A DNA stretch of 64,000 nt from Candidatus Eiseniibacteriota bacterium (GCA_963717935.1 CAVQXP010000004.1:448001-512000), one strand, 5' to 3'. Counted from the stretch's first letter, positions 41,488-52,802 are shown. The notes: generated from the sequence alone by a model not told the origin. Numbers and translations are program-made.

Positions 41488-42033
41488 TTACGGCAGGCTC
41501 AGGAAGTGGTACGAAACGCCGGCCGTCACGTTGGCGAACTTCCGCGAGGTCTCGCCCAGCGTGATCATGTTCAGCTCCCCGCGCACGTCCACGTCCAACT
41601 TGGGGATGGCCGAGAGGCCGAGGCCAAGGCCGAAGTTGTAGCCGACCTTGGTCAGGTCCCCCGTCCCTTCGCGCGTCAGCTTGTGGGAGCCGATGCCGAC
41701 GAACGGGTAGAAGCGCACGGGCCCCCCCGTCGAGAGCATGGCGTTCACGCCGTAGGCCGTGATCTTGCCGCCGTCGCGCGTGTACGGGAGCGTGCCGAAC
41801 GTCTCTTCCGCGTCGCCCAGGGAGGCCGTGGCCCAGTAGGGCTCGACCTTGAGCAGGGGCAGCAGGCTCACCGGCAGGCGCAGCCCGTAGAGCGTGCCCT
41901 GCGTCGAGTCGTCCTGCAGGATGGGGATGCTCACGCCTCCGAACACGCCGCCGCCGACGCTCACGCCGATGGCGCTCGCGGCGCCCGCGCCGAGGACGAG
42001 CGCGAGCAGCACGCCGGGTAGGATCCTCTTCAT
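41488..42033 (-). CDS. Small outer-membrane beta-barrel (OMP_b-brl-like)
   Basis: GGAGG RBS; signal peptide; YPFVGIG, GYNFGLG, VTAGVSYHF. Confidence 0.8.
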   Translation of the reverse strand: MKRILPGVLLALVLGAGAASAIGVSVGGGVFGGVSIPILQDDSTQGTLYGLRLPVSLLPLLKVEPYWATASLGDAEETFGTLPYTRDGGKITAYGVNAMLSTGGPVRFYPFVGIGSHKLTREGTGDLTKVGYNFGLGLGLSAIPKLDVDVRGELNMITLGETSRKFANVTAGVSYHFLSLP

Positions 42034-42083
42034 GTGCCGTTCCCTCCTTTGGGTCATCGTCCCGGGACGAGTCCCAGGATGGC

Positions 42084-42770
42084 TCATTGTGCCACGCGCA
42101 CAGCCACCACGCGAGCGGAGGCGTGGCGCGTGAGACGGCCTGCGATGTGCTCCAGCATGGTCGAGAGGTGACCATCGGCCCGTTCCACCGGGCAGAACAC
42201 CACGACCAGCAGTCGCGTGGTGGTCGCGGTGACCGATGTGCGCTCCGAGTCCGACGTCGGTGCCCCGAAAGGGCCCTCGTCGTCGGCCAGCAGCAGCCGC
42301 CCGGCCAGGTTCACCCGTTGCTTGCGGATCCCCGGGTAGCCTTCCCCTTCGCGGCCGGCCCGCGCATGCACCGCGCCCTTCACGTGCTCGCGGTCGTACA
42401 GACCGAGGGGCAGCTGGTGCTCGAGCGAGCACAGGTTGCAGATGTCCACCGCGAGGTTGACCCGGGGCAGGCCCTTGCCCTGCACCACCCGGCGCAGCAG
42501 CGCCTCGCTGCTCGGGCGGGTCTTGGTGGGGTCCACGCCGAGCCGGTGGAACAGCGCGCGGGCCTCGGCGACGCCGGGAATGCCGACCGGCGGCTGGCCG
42601 GCGTGCTCACCCTCGAGGCGGGCGCAGACCTGCGCGCACTCCTCGTCGAACTCGCGCGGCACCGGTTCCATCCGAACGTTCTCGGCCTCGAGCAGACCCA
42701 GGGCGAGCGCGCCGCGGAGCGAGGCTTCGACCGTGAGGCCCAGTTCCGGTGCGTGCGCCTCCATCCCCAT
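42084..42770 (-). CDS. Stand-alone B3/B4 (PheRS-beta-like) domain protein
   Basis: GVDPTKTRPSSEALLRR, VNLAVD.CN..S, P.GLYD, DDEGPFG.PTSDS.RT. Confidence 0.85.
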   Translation of the reverse strand: MGMEAHAPELGLTVEASLRGALALGLLEAENVRMEPVPREFDEECAQVCARLEGEHAGQPPVGIPGVAEARALFHRLGVDPTKTRPSSEALLRRVVQGKGLPRVNLAVDICNLCSLEHQLPLGLYDREHVKGAVHARAGREGEGYPGIRKQRVNLAGRLLLADDEGPFGAPTSDSERTSVTATTTRLLVVVFCPVERADGHLSTMLEHIAGRLTRHASARVVAVRVAQ

Positions 42771-43075
42771 CGCGGTCACTCCGGTGACGGGTCCCGGCGG
42801 CCCGGGCTGCCCTCGAAACGGCACATGCGCGCCGGGGCACGCGGCGCGGACGGCGATCGCGTGCCCCGGCGGGCTTCTGTCGAGCTTCTGCTGACTACCG
42901 AGTGGGCGGCGGGAAATCCCTTTCCGACCCAACAGTCGGGACGACGATGTCGTCCGTCGCTGCGGCCAAACGTCATTGTCTTCGCCGCCCACACGAAATC
43001 ACGACATCGAGTGGGCGCCGCTTCGCTGGGCGCGCCCATCGCGGCGGAAATGCGATGGGCAGCAAACTCGCAAGC

Positions 43076-43104
43076 AACATAGCGTGAATGGCCGCAGGTG
43101 CCAA
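43076..43104 (-). promoter_or_regulatory. Sigma70-type promoter ~300 nt upstream of B3/B4 gene
   Basis: Minus strand TTGGCA, 17 bp, TATGTT. Confidence 0.55.
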
Positions 43105-43223
43105 GCGGGAATTCACGGGCGCGGATGGCATGGCGCGTGGCGCAACGACCGTGCCGAAGGCGTGCGGCCCGGGTCGTCCGCCGGAATGAACCTGCCCGGC
43201 ACGGCCGGGGCCGGACCGCGACG

Positions 43224-45935
43224 TTACGTCCCGCTCTGGGGGAGCCTGCGCTCGACCGAGACGACGCGCCAGCGTCGGCGCTCGGCCCCCTCACCCAACT
43301 CCACCTCGTCGCCGATCGAGCGGCCCGTGAGCGCGCGGCCCACCGGGGCCTGGAACGAGATCACGCTCTCGCCGTGATGGTGCTCGTCCTCGCCCAGGAT
43401 CCAGTAGTGGCGCAATTCCTGGTCGCCGCCCTCGAGCACGACCTCCGTGCCGAGCCCCACGACGCCATCGCGGTACTCGGCGTCGTCCACGAAACGAGCC
43501 CGCGCAAGGCGCAACTGGAGCGATGCGACCAGCTGGCTGACGTTGGCCTGCTTGAGCTTCGCCGAGTGGTACTCCGCGTTCTCGCTCAGGTCCCCCAGCT
43601 CGCGGGCCTTCTGGATCGCCGCCGGGATGGTGGTCCGCAGCTCGCGCTCGAGACGCCCGAGCTCCTTCTGGAGACGCTCCCAGGTCGCGTGAGTCATGAC
43701 CGGCAGTTGTGCACCCTCGACCTGCTGGCCCACGCCCTCGAAGAGCCGGTCCGTGCGTTTCTGCCGCTCGTCGCGGATCACCGCGACCTCCTCGGCGAGC
43801 CCAAGCCGGTCGAGCGCGTCGAGCGCCGGGAACAGGTAGCGGTCGCTCGAGCGCCACGCCCGGAACAGGATGCGCACTTTGAGCTGCACCTCCCCCGGAC
43901 AGGGCCGGGCCTGCAGCAGGCGCTCGAACGCCCCGCCCGCCTCGAGCCAGCGCTGCACCTTCTCGGCGACCGAGCGCTTCGGCCGGTCCTCGAGGAGCGC
44001 CAGCGCCGACCACAGCACGAGCCAGCCATCGGGCGGGGCAGGGGAAGCCTCCAGCTCGTCCTCGATCGAACGCAGGGCCGCGCCGGGATAGCGCGCGGCG
44101 TGCAGCAGGAGCGTGCGCCGGAGATTCGTGCGCCCGTCATCATCGAGCAGCGCGCGTCGCCGCTCGGCCTCCTCGCGCACGGCCGAGAAGCGTGAGTCGA
44201 GCGCGGAGAGGATCGCGTCGGACTCCACCTCGGGCCCGCGTGACACGGCGAGCAGCGCCAGCTGCTCCGTCTCGCCCGAGAGGTCGGCGACCGCCAGGCC
44301 CTGCTCCCAGAGTTGCTCGAGCACCGCGGTCCACTCCGCGGCGCGCCCGGGGAACCAGCGCGCGAAATAGAGCCCCGCCCGCGCGCGGTCCACGCGCTCG
44401 CCCTCCTCGTCGAGCATGGTGCGTTCGACGAACTTCCCGAAGCGCTGCGTCAGCGCCGGCTCGGCGGCCGGGTGCTGCGAGAGGAACTTGCGCAGCGTCG
44501 CCAGGTTCGCGCGCGCGGGCTTGCCGACCGCGAGGCCCGGCAACGGCGCGTCCCCCATCGCCCCCCCGGGGACCGGGGCGACCTCGCCCTCGGCCCGCAG
44601 GCGGTAGAATTGCTCGAAGGCTCGCCCGGTGTCGATGCGGGGGTGCCCCGGGGCGCCCGCGCGCGCCTGCCGCCAGAACGGGCTCCACTCCTTGAGCGGC
44701 ACCAGGTCCGTGCCCACCAGGAAGACCTTGAGCCGCTGCGCATCGCCAGCGCCGCCGATCGCCTTGAGCGCGCGCGCCAGCACCTCGGCGGGCTCTTCGA
44801 CGCGCAGGCGCTTCACCTCGGCCGGCCGCGTGAGCTGCAGCAGCCGCAGGTCGTCCTCCTCCATCGGCAGGAGCGACCGTTTCGCCGCGCTGTACGGCAT
44901 GCGGTGGCTCTTCGAGCGCGCGAAATCGAGCACCACCACCTCGCCGTCGTCCGCGGTCACCCGGCCGGCCTGGAAGGTCCCGTGCCAGACCGCGCGGCCC
45001 GGCGGCAGCGCGGCGATGCGGTCGAAGCGCTCGAGCGCCTCGAGCAGCGGGCGCGTCCGCTCGGCCACGCCCGACGTCTCGATCACCACTGCCATGTCGG
45101 GCAGCGCCACGCCCGGGCCCTGGCGCAGGGCCTCGACCAGCGCGGCGCGGAAGCGCTCACCGCCCGGGCCACCCTCCTTCTCCAGCGCGGGCCCGACCAC
45201 GGCGCGCAACGCCGCTTCGCATTCGCCCGCGCGGCCCGCGCGCGCCACCTCGGGCAGGGCGATGCGCACGAGCTGGTCGCAGGATTCGATCTCGCCGCGC
45301 TCCGCCGGCGCGGGCAGCGCCTGGACCAGGGCCACGAGCCCGTCCACGGCACCGTGCTCGACGAATTCGAGTGCGGCTTCCTCGAGCCCGACGAAGCGAT
45401 TCTCGGCCGCGAATGCAGGGATCATCTCGGCCAGCAGCTGCCGGCGCAGGTCGCCCTCGCCCGCTTCGCCCAGACGCTGCGCGAGCAGCAGGCCGAGGTC
45501 GAGGTCGTCCGTGAGGATGCGGAAGGCGCGCTCGATCGCCTCGAGCCGCTCGGGATCGCGCGCAAGACCCTCGTGCGCGCGCACCAGCAACCGCGCACCG
45601 GCGTGCGTCTCCTCGAGCGCCAGGCTCCGCTCGGCCACCGCAGCCAGGGGCTCCCACTGACTCCCGGCCACCAACCGCTCCCCGAGGGAGAGCAGCGTCT
45701 GTAGTGCGCGCTCGGTCTCGCCGTTCAGGGCGCAGGCCAGGCCGAGGAGATACTCCACGCCCGGGGTGCAGCCGGACTGCCGCTGGCGGCTCGCGCACTC
45801 GTCGCGCACCATCGTCAGGGTGCGCTCCGCCAGCGCCTCGGCTGCGAAGGTCTCGAGGCGCTCGCGTGTCGCGGGCGTGAGTTCGGCGGCCTCTTCGCCG
45901 CGCAGGACGGAAGAGAGGAAGATTCGAAGGGTCAT
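43224..45935 (-). CDS. GreA/GreB elongation factor with ~750-aa N-terminal extension
   Basis: C-terminal ARELGDLSENAEYHSAK, VGLGT.V, ISFQAPVGRAL.G..GDEV; helical N-terminus. Confidence 0.85.
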   Translation of the reverse strand: MTLRIFLSSVLRGEEAAELTPATRERLETFAAEALAERTLTMVRDECASRQRQSGCTPGVEYLLGLACALNGETERALQTLLSLGERLVAGSQWEPLAAVAERSLALEETHAGARLLVRAHEGLARDPERLEAIERAFRILTDDLDLGLLLAQRLGEAGEGDLRRQLLAEMIPAFAAENRFVGLEEAALEFVEHGAVDGLVALVQALPAPAERGEIESCDQLVRIALPEVARAGRAGECEAALRAVVGPALEKEGGPGGERFRAALVEALRQGPGVALPDMAVVIETSGVAERTRPLLEALERFDRIAALPPGRAVWHGTFQAGRVTADDGEVVVLDFARSKSHRMPYSAAKRSLLPMEEDDLRLLQLTRPAEVKRLRVEEPAEVLARALKAIGGAGDAQRLKVFLVGTDLVPLKEWSPFWRQARAGAPGHPRIDTGRAFEQFYRLRAEGEVAPVPGGAMGDAPLPGLAVGKPARANLATLRKFLSQHPAAEPALTQRFGKFVERTMLDEEGERVDRARAGLYFARWFPGRAAEWTAVLEQLWEQGLAVADLSGETEQLALLAVSRGPEVESDAILSALDSRFSAVREEAERRRALLDDDGRTNLRRTLLLHAARYPGAALRSIEDELEASPAPPDGWLVLWSALALLEDRPKRSVAEKVQRWLEAGGAFERLLQARPCPGEVQLKVRILFRAWRSSDRYLFPALDALDRLGLAEEVAVIRDERQKRTDRLFEGVGQQVEGAQLPVMTHATWERLQKELGRLERELRTTIPAAIQKARELGDLSENAEYHSAKLKQANVSQLVASLQLRLARARFVDDAEYRDGVVGLGTEVVLEGGDQELRHYWILGEDEHHHGESVISFQAPVGRALTGRSIGDEVELGEGAERRRWRVVSVERRLPQSGT

Positions 45936-46064
45936 GGGCGTCCTGGGAGAGGTGTCCGGATGGCCGAAAGGGCACCCATCTTTGCTCAGGCGGGACCGCG
46001 AGGCAAGGAGGGCGCGGGACGAGGCCCTTGTGCCTCTCCACACCGCACCCTAGACTGCTGCCCC

Positions 46065-46616
46065 ATGAGGATCTACACCCGCACCGGCGACGATGGCACG
46101 ACCGGACGGCCGGGCCCCGGCCGGGTCTTCAAGGACGCAGCGCGCGTGGAGGCCTGCGGCAGCGTGGACGAGTTGAACGCCGTGCTGGGCGTGGTCCGCG
46201 CCCTTGACCTGGACAACTGGCTGGCCGCCGAGCTCGCCACGATCCAGTCCAGGCTCTTCCACGTCGGGGCCGAGCTGGCCGCCGGCACGCCGGACCTCCC
46301 GGTGAAGCCGCAGCGCATCTGCGACGAGGACGTGGCCGCGCTCGAGCGCTGGATCGACCGGCTCGACGCCGAGCTGGAGCCGCTCACGAGCTTCGTGCTG
46401 CCGGGCGGCTCCGCGCTCGGGGCCGAGTTGCACGTCGCGCGCGCGGTCTGCCGCCGGGCCGAGCGTCGGACCGTGGCGCTGCTCCGGGCCGAGCCGGTCG
46501 AGCCCCGCCTGGTGTGCTACCTGAACCGCCTCGGGGATCTGCTCTTCGTCATGGCGCGCTGGTGCAACCGGCGCGCCGGCGTCCCCGAGACGGAGTGGCA
46601 TCCCCGGCGGCCCTGA
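46065..46616 (+). CDS. PduO-type cob(I)alamin adenosyltransferase
   Basis: IYTRTGDDGTT, GSVDELN, FVLPGG, RAVCRRAER, YLNRL.D.LF. Confidence 0.92.
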   Translation: MRIYTRTGDDGTTGRPGPGRVFKDAARVEACGSVDELNAVLGVVRALDLDNWLAAELATIQSRLFHVGAELAAGTPDLPVKPQRICDEDVAALERWIDRLDAELEPLTSFVLPGGSALGAELHVARAVCRRAERRTVALLRAEPVEPRLVCYLNRLGDLLFVMARWCNRRAGVPETEWHPRRP

Positions 46617-46724
46617 CCCCGCCGGATCGCCCCCGGAACGGCGCCGATCCGCGGACGCCGGGGCCTCTGGACAAGCGGCGGCCCTGCGAGGATAATGCTG
46701 CTGCACACCCTCCGAGGAGGATTC

Positions 46725-47119
46725 ATGCAGCGGGTGCCCGACTTCACGTCGCATCCGGCCGTCGCTCCCCTCGTGAGTGGCTCCCCGCCCTGATCCTCGC
46801 GCTCCTGCCGTCTTCCTCTGCGAGCGCGGACGTGGTGATCAAGGGAGAACCGAGGGCCTGGGTGGCCCCGGCAACAGGACCACCCGTCGCGCGCTGATCG
46901 CGCGCGGGCCGCCCCCGGGGGGGGCTTGACGGGTTCTTGGCGCGCAAGGCCACGCGCGCGGCGCAGAAGAAGGCTGAAGACAAGGTCGAGAAGAAGACCG
47001 AGGAGATGTCGTCCCCGGGCCCGGCGGCAGGCGGCCCCCTGATGAAGGTGGTCACCGAGGTGATCCGTATCACCACCTCGCCCGTCCCGGCCAGCTACAG
47101 GTTGCAGAAGAAGGCGTGA
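46725..47119 (+). pseudogene. Broken remnant of a secreted protein gene
   Basis: TGGACA-17-GATAAT promoter and GAGGAGG+ATG, but the signal peptide (..SASADVVIK) and tail (PLMKVVTEV..ITTSPVPASYRLQKK) lie in separate short frames. Confidence 0.45.
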
Positions 47120-47278
47120 GGGTCGGCGGGTAGAGGCCCGCGGGCGCGGTGGAGTCCGTTCCGCGTCCGCGTGGGTTTCCCCGCGCGGCTCCGCAGTGAA
47201 CACCCCACGTCCGCTCGCTGGCGCCCCCACAGTCGGCTCATCCGGCGCCGGGACGAGGGACCCGCAGAAGGAACGTCC

Positions 47279-48487
47279 ATGAGATCACGTCGCCGCCGGC
47301 CACGAGGACCACGCCCGCCCCAGCAACCAGGGTCGGTCGCAGGTGACCCAGGTCTCCCCCAGGCCGGCGCGGAGGGTGCTCCGCCCTCCGGTTCTGGCGG
47401 ACAGCCGGGACCCGGCGGTCGCGGCCGCCGCAGCAGGCGCGGCGGAGGCCGCCCACTCAGCAACGCCTCCCCCCAGCCCTACGGGAGCCCCCAGGGCGGC
47501 CCACGCCCGCAGGGCCCACGCCAGCGTCGCCGCGGCCGCAGCGGTGGCGGCGGCGGCGGAAGCAACCAGCCGGCCAAACGGCGCGGCCTCGAGTTGCTCC
47601 GCGACCTGCAGCAGGCCGGCGCGGCGCTTGACCCGACCGAACGGTTCGTCCTCGAGTTGTTGCCCGGCGAGGGGAATCCGCCCTACGGCGACCGCACCAC
47701 GGGACGCTGCATCGACATCCTCGCTCCGCTCGGCCGCGGCCAGCGCTGCCTGATCGTCTCACCACCCAAGGCCGGCAAGACCCGCATCCTGCAGAGCATC
47801 GCCGCTTCGATCGCGCACAACCATCCCGAAGTGGCGATCTATGCACTGCTCGTGGACGAACGCCCCGAGGAGGTCACCGACTTCCGGCGCAACACGCCCG
47901 CGAACGTCATCGCCGCCTCGAGCGACATGACCATCCAGGAGCACATCGAGACCGCCGAGCGCGCCATGGAGACCGTGGCAAGCCAGGTGCTCGAGGGCAA
48001 GGACGTGGTGCTGCTGCTCGATTCCATCACCCGCCTGTCGCGCGCCTACAACAACGCCTCCGAGGGCTCGGGTCGCACGATGTCCGGCGGGCTCGACGCC
48101 ACCACCATGCAGGCGCCGCGCATGATCTTCGGCGCCGCCCGCAAGATCGAGGGCAGCGGCTCGCTGACCATCGCGGGCACCGCGCTGATCGACACCGGCT
48201 CGCGCATGGACCAGGTCATCTTCGAGGAGTTCAAGGGCACCGGGAACAGCGAGATCTACCTGTCGCGCGAACTGGCCGAGCGCCGCATCTACCCGGCCAT
48301 CGACGTCGCCAAGAGCGGCACGCGCAAGGAGGAGAAGCTCTACCCGGCCGAGATCGTCCCGCGGCTCCACATGCTGCGGCGGGGGCTCGCCGGCCTGCAC
48401 TCGCAGGAGGCGATGACCAAGCTGCTCGAGCTGATGAACCGCTGCAAGACGAACGCGGAGATCTTCGAGCTGCTGGCGCGGGCGTAG
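47279..48487 (+). CDS. rho: Rho-like termination factor with ATPase domain but no RNA-binding domain
   Basis: PLGRGQR.LIVSPPKAGKT, LVDERPEEVTD, LLDSITRL, SGG, FEEFKGTGN, SGTRKEE; first ~100 aa Arg/Gly/Pro low-complexity. Confidence 0.9.
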   Translation: MRSRRRRPRGPRPPQQPGSVAGDPGLPQAGAEGAPPSGSGGQPGPGGRGRRSRRGGGRPLSNASPQPYGSPQGGPRPQGPRQRRRGRSGGGGGGSNQPAKRRGLELLRDLQQAGAALDPTERFVLELLPGEGNPPYGDRTTGRCIDILAPLGRGQRCLIVSPPKAGKTRILQSIAASIAHNHPEVAIYALLVDERPEEVTDFRRNTPANVIAASSDMTIQEHIETAERAMETVASQVLEGKDVVLLLDSITRLSRAYNNASEGSGRTMSGGLDATTMQAPRMIFGAARKIEGSGSLTIAGTALIDTGSRMDQVIFEEFKGTGNSEIYLSRELAERRIYPAIDVAKSGTRKEEKLYPAEIVPRLHMLRRGLAGLHSQEAMTKLLELMNRCKTNAEIFELLARA

Positions 48488-48829
48488 CCGCCGGGCGCCC
48501 GCGGGGCGCGCAACCCGGTGCGCTGAATCCCGAGTCCGGGCCCGGCGCGAGCACGGACTCGAGGCCCGAAGGCCGGGAGCGAGCCCTCGTCCAGCGGGGC
48601 CTCGCACGCGGGTGTTTGCCCTGGCTATCCACCCCTCAGCCCGCTTGGACCGTCGCCATTTTCAAGTCCTTGACCCGCATGGCGTCGCGAAGGTGTACCT
48701 TCGCTTCGGGACGGAATCCTCCGCGAATCCTTTTCGGGGAGGCACCATCAGAAGAGCAGGTTTGGGAGACGGTGTTCGAAGACCCTTGGGTGCGGCCCCC
48801 GAGACTTTGGATGCCTCTCCCATTTTCTC

Positions 48830-48869
48830 CACCCCGCTTGCCTCACGGTGAGCGGGGTGCATTCTTCTG
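48830..48869 (+). terminator. Terminator-like hairpin between rho and efp
   Basis: CACCCCGCTTGCC / GGTGAGCGGGGTG 13-bp stem, then CATTCTTCT. Confidence 0.6.
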
Positions 48870-48943
48870 TGCCATCGCGCGCACCGGCGCAGGCGCGGCC
48901 CCCGGGATGATCCGGGGTGGTGGCGGCGATGCGGTGGCCGCGG

Positions 48944-49501
48944 CTACGCGCGCTCGACGAAGTCGCCCGTGCGCGTGTCGATCTTCACGCGGTCGCCCAC
49001 TTCGATGTAGGGCGGCACCTTGATCTCGAGCCCGGTCTCGAGGACGGCGGGCTTCGCGGTGTTCTGCACCGCCGCGCCCTTGATGTTGGGGGTCGTCTCC
49101 TTCACCTCGAGTTCGATGAACATCGGCACCTCGATGCCCACCACGCGGCCCTCGTAGTACAGGGCCTCGATCACCATGCCTTCGGTGAGGTAGCCGACGT
49201 TGCCCCCCAGCACGTCCGAGTGGAGCGACATCATCTCGTAGCTCTCGGTGTTCATGAAGTGGTAGTCGTCACCGGCGCGGTAGGAGTACTGGAGCTTGTG
49301 CTCCTCGAGCGGGGCACGGTCCACCTTGTCCTCGGAGCGGAACCGGTGCTCGGCGTTGCTGCCGGTCTCGATGTTCACGAGGCGGGTCTGCACCATGCCG
49401 CGCCAATTCCCGGGCGTGACGTGCAGCACGTTCGTCACGCGGTGCGGCCTGTTGTTGTGCATGATGACCATGCCCACCTTGAGCTGGGTCGCTGCAATCA
49501 C
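48944..49501 (-). CDS. efp: Elongation factor P
   Basis: GTG start; HVTPGNWRG, FMNTESYE, KPAVLETG...VP..I..GD..KIDTR. Confidence 0.95.
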   Translation of the reverse strand: MIAATQLKVGMVIMHNNRPHRVTNVLHVTPGNWRGMVQTRLVNIETGSNAEHRFRSEDKVDRAPLEEHKLQYSYRAGDDYHFMNTESYEMMSLHSDVLGGNVGYLTEGMVIEALYYEGRVVGIEVPMFIELEVKETTPNIKGAAVQNTAKPAVLETGLEIKVPPYIEVGDRVKIDTRTGDFVERA

Positions 49502-49688
49502 TTCGGACTCCTTGAGGCTGGGATGGCGAGCAGGGGGACCACGGCCCCTCGAAGAGCCTCCCCTTGCGAAACGCGGAGCAATAGTGTGCCCGATGCCGGC
49601 CCGGGGGCGCAAACAACGCCCGGTCCCGGGTTGATTCGAGCGCCGGGGCCGGGATGGCGAGGGGCGCCGGCTCCGCGGCGGCCCCGGT

Positions 49689-50411
49689 TCACCAGGGGAT
49701 GCGCCGATGGTCGCGGAAGAAGCCTCCATTCGGCCCGCGGGATGACAGCGTCGCCAGCCAGACGACGCCGCGAGCGGCATCCTCCGGGGAACGCGCGGCG
49801 GGCGAGCGGAGCGATGCCGGCCCCCCCATCCGCGTGCGCACCCAGCCTGGGTGCGCGGCGTTCACCTTGACGTCGCCACGCACCGCGGCGGCCAGCTTCA
49901 CGGTGAGCGCGTTCAGGGCGGCCTTCGAGAGACTGTACGCTGCAGGGCCCTCGAGGCCGGCGCCGAAGGAGCCATAGTCGCTCGAGACGTTCACCACCCG
50001 CCCGTAACCCGCCGCGAGCATGGCGGGCACGAAGGCCCGGCAGGCCCAGAGCGCGCCCGCGAAGTTCGTCGCGAGCGCTTCGCGGAACGCCTCCGGCGGC
50101 GCCTCGAGCAGCGAGCCTTCCGGATAGACCGCCGCGTTGTTGACGAGCACGTCCACCCGGATGCCGGCCTGGCGCAACCGTTCCGCCAGCACCGCCGCCG
50201 CCCCCTCCTGGCGCACGTCGAGGATCGCGTCCAGGACATCGAGCCCCTCGACGCACAACGCGGTCGCGGCCGCACCGGCCGCGCCCCCGTCGCGCCCCGT
50301 GAGCACGACACGCAGTCCCCGGTGTCCGAGCTGGCGGCAGACCTCGAGACCGATACCGCGGTTGGCCCCGGTGACGAGCGCCGTGCGCGGGGAAGCGGGT
50401 CTTCGCTTCAT
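49689..50411 (-). CDS. Short-chain dehydrogenase/reductase
   Basis: [27 protein letters not shown]. Confidence 0.9.
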   Translation of the reverse strand: MKRRPASPRTALVTGANRGIGLEVCRQLGHRGLRVVLTGRDGGAAGAAATALCVEGLDVLDAILDVRQEGAAAVLAERLRQAGIRVDVLVNNAAVYPEGSLLEAPPEAFREALATNFAGALWACRAFVPAMLAAGYGRVVNVSSDYGSFGAGLEGPAAYSLSKAALNALTVKLAAAVRGDVKVNAAHPGWVRTRMGGPASLRSPAARSPEDAARGVVWLATLSSRGPNGGFFRDHRRIPW

Positions 50412-50512
50412 GGACGAGACTCTACACGATGAAAGTCGCGCTTTCGCCCGAATTCGCACGAGCGGCCCGGACACTCGTCCGGGCCGCTCGCCTTGCTTCC
50501 GTTCGGTGAGGC

Positions 50513-52166
<1,654 letters not shown>

Positions 52167-52228
52167 GCTGCCTCCTTCGGATGAGAACGGGCTCCGCCCG
52201 GCCGCCGGGCCGGGGGCCCGCGGATGGT

Positions 52229-52526
52229 CTACTTCGCGGACGCCAGGATCCCGAGCACGTCGTCCTCGCGGAGGATCGTGTACTCGACGCCGTCGATCTT
52301 CACTTCCGTGCCGCTGTACTTGCCGATCAGCACGCGGTCGCCCTTCTTGACCTCCATGGCGAGCGCGCTTGCCGTCGTCGGTCATGCGGCCGGGGCCCAC
52401 GGCGACGACCTCGCCCTCCTGCGGCTTCTCCTTGGCGGTGTCGGGGATGATGATGCCGCCCCGCACGGTCTCCTTCTCCTCGATGCGGCGGACCAGGATG
52501 CGGTCGGCGAGAGGCTGGATCTTCAT
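52229..52526 (-). CDS. groS: Co-chaperonin GroES; frameshift near 52365
   Basis: [23 protein letters not shown]; second frame [24 protein letters not shown]. Confidence 0.95.
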
Positions 52527-52623
52527 GAGTTCCTCCTCGTGGATTCGGGTTGGTCCCACTGGGGCCACGCGGAAGTGGCTGCGCTCGGCCGGGCCTGTCT
52601 GCGACTGCGCGCGCCATCACTCC

Positions 52624-52802
52624 GCACTCGTCGTGCCGTCCACGCCCATGGTGCCGGGCGGCCACGCCGGTCACGCGAGCCACGGTTGTCGGGCTGCGCC
52701 GATCGGCCTGGATCTGAGAACGGTCCCCGGGATCACCTCACGAGTCCTGCCAAAATGGCACAGACTGCCTGGCGGTCGCCTGCGGGGACCGCCAAGCTGG
52801 CA
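52624..52802 (-). promoter_or_regulatory. Sigma54-type promoter plus two upstream TGCCA-N3-TGGCA-type palindromes
   Basis: Minus strand GGCACGACGAGTGC (52637-52624); TGCCAAAATGGCA 52748-52760 and CGCCAAGCTGGCA 52790-52802. Confidence 0.5.

Noticed and set aside
48519..48620. CGCTGAATCC resembling the start of a c-di-AMP (ydaO) riboswitch
   Set aside because: The downstream conserved elements (GGAGGAAC, CCCGUCAGCUAAC) are missing and no gene lies downstream on that strand
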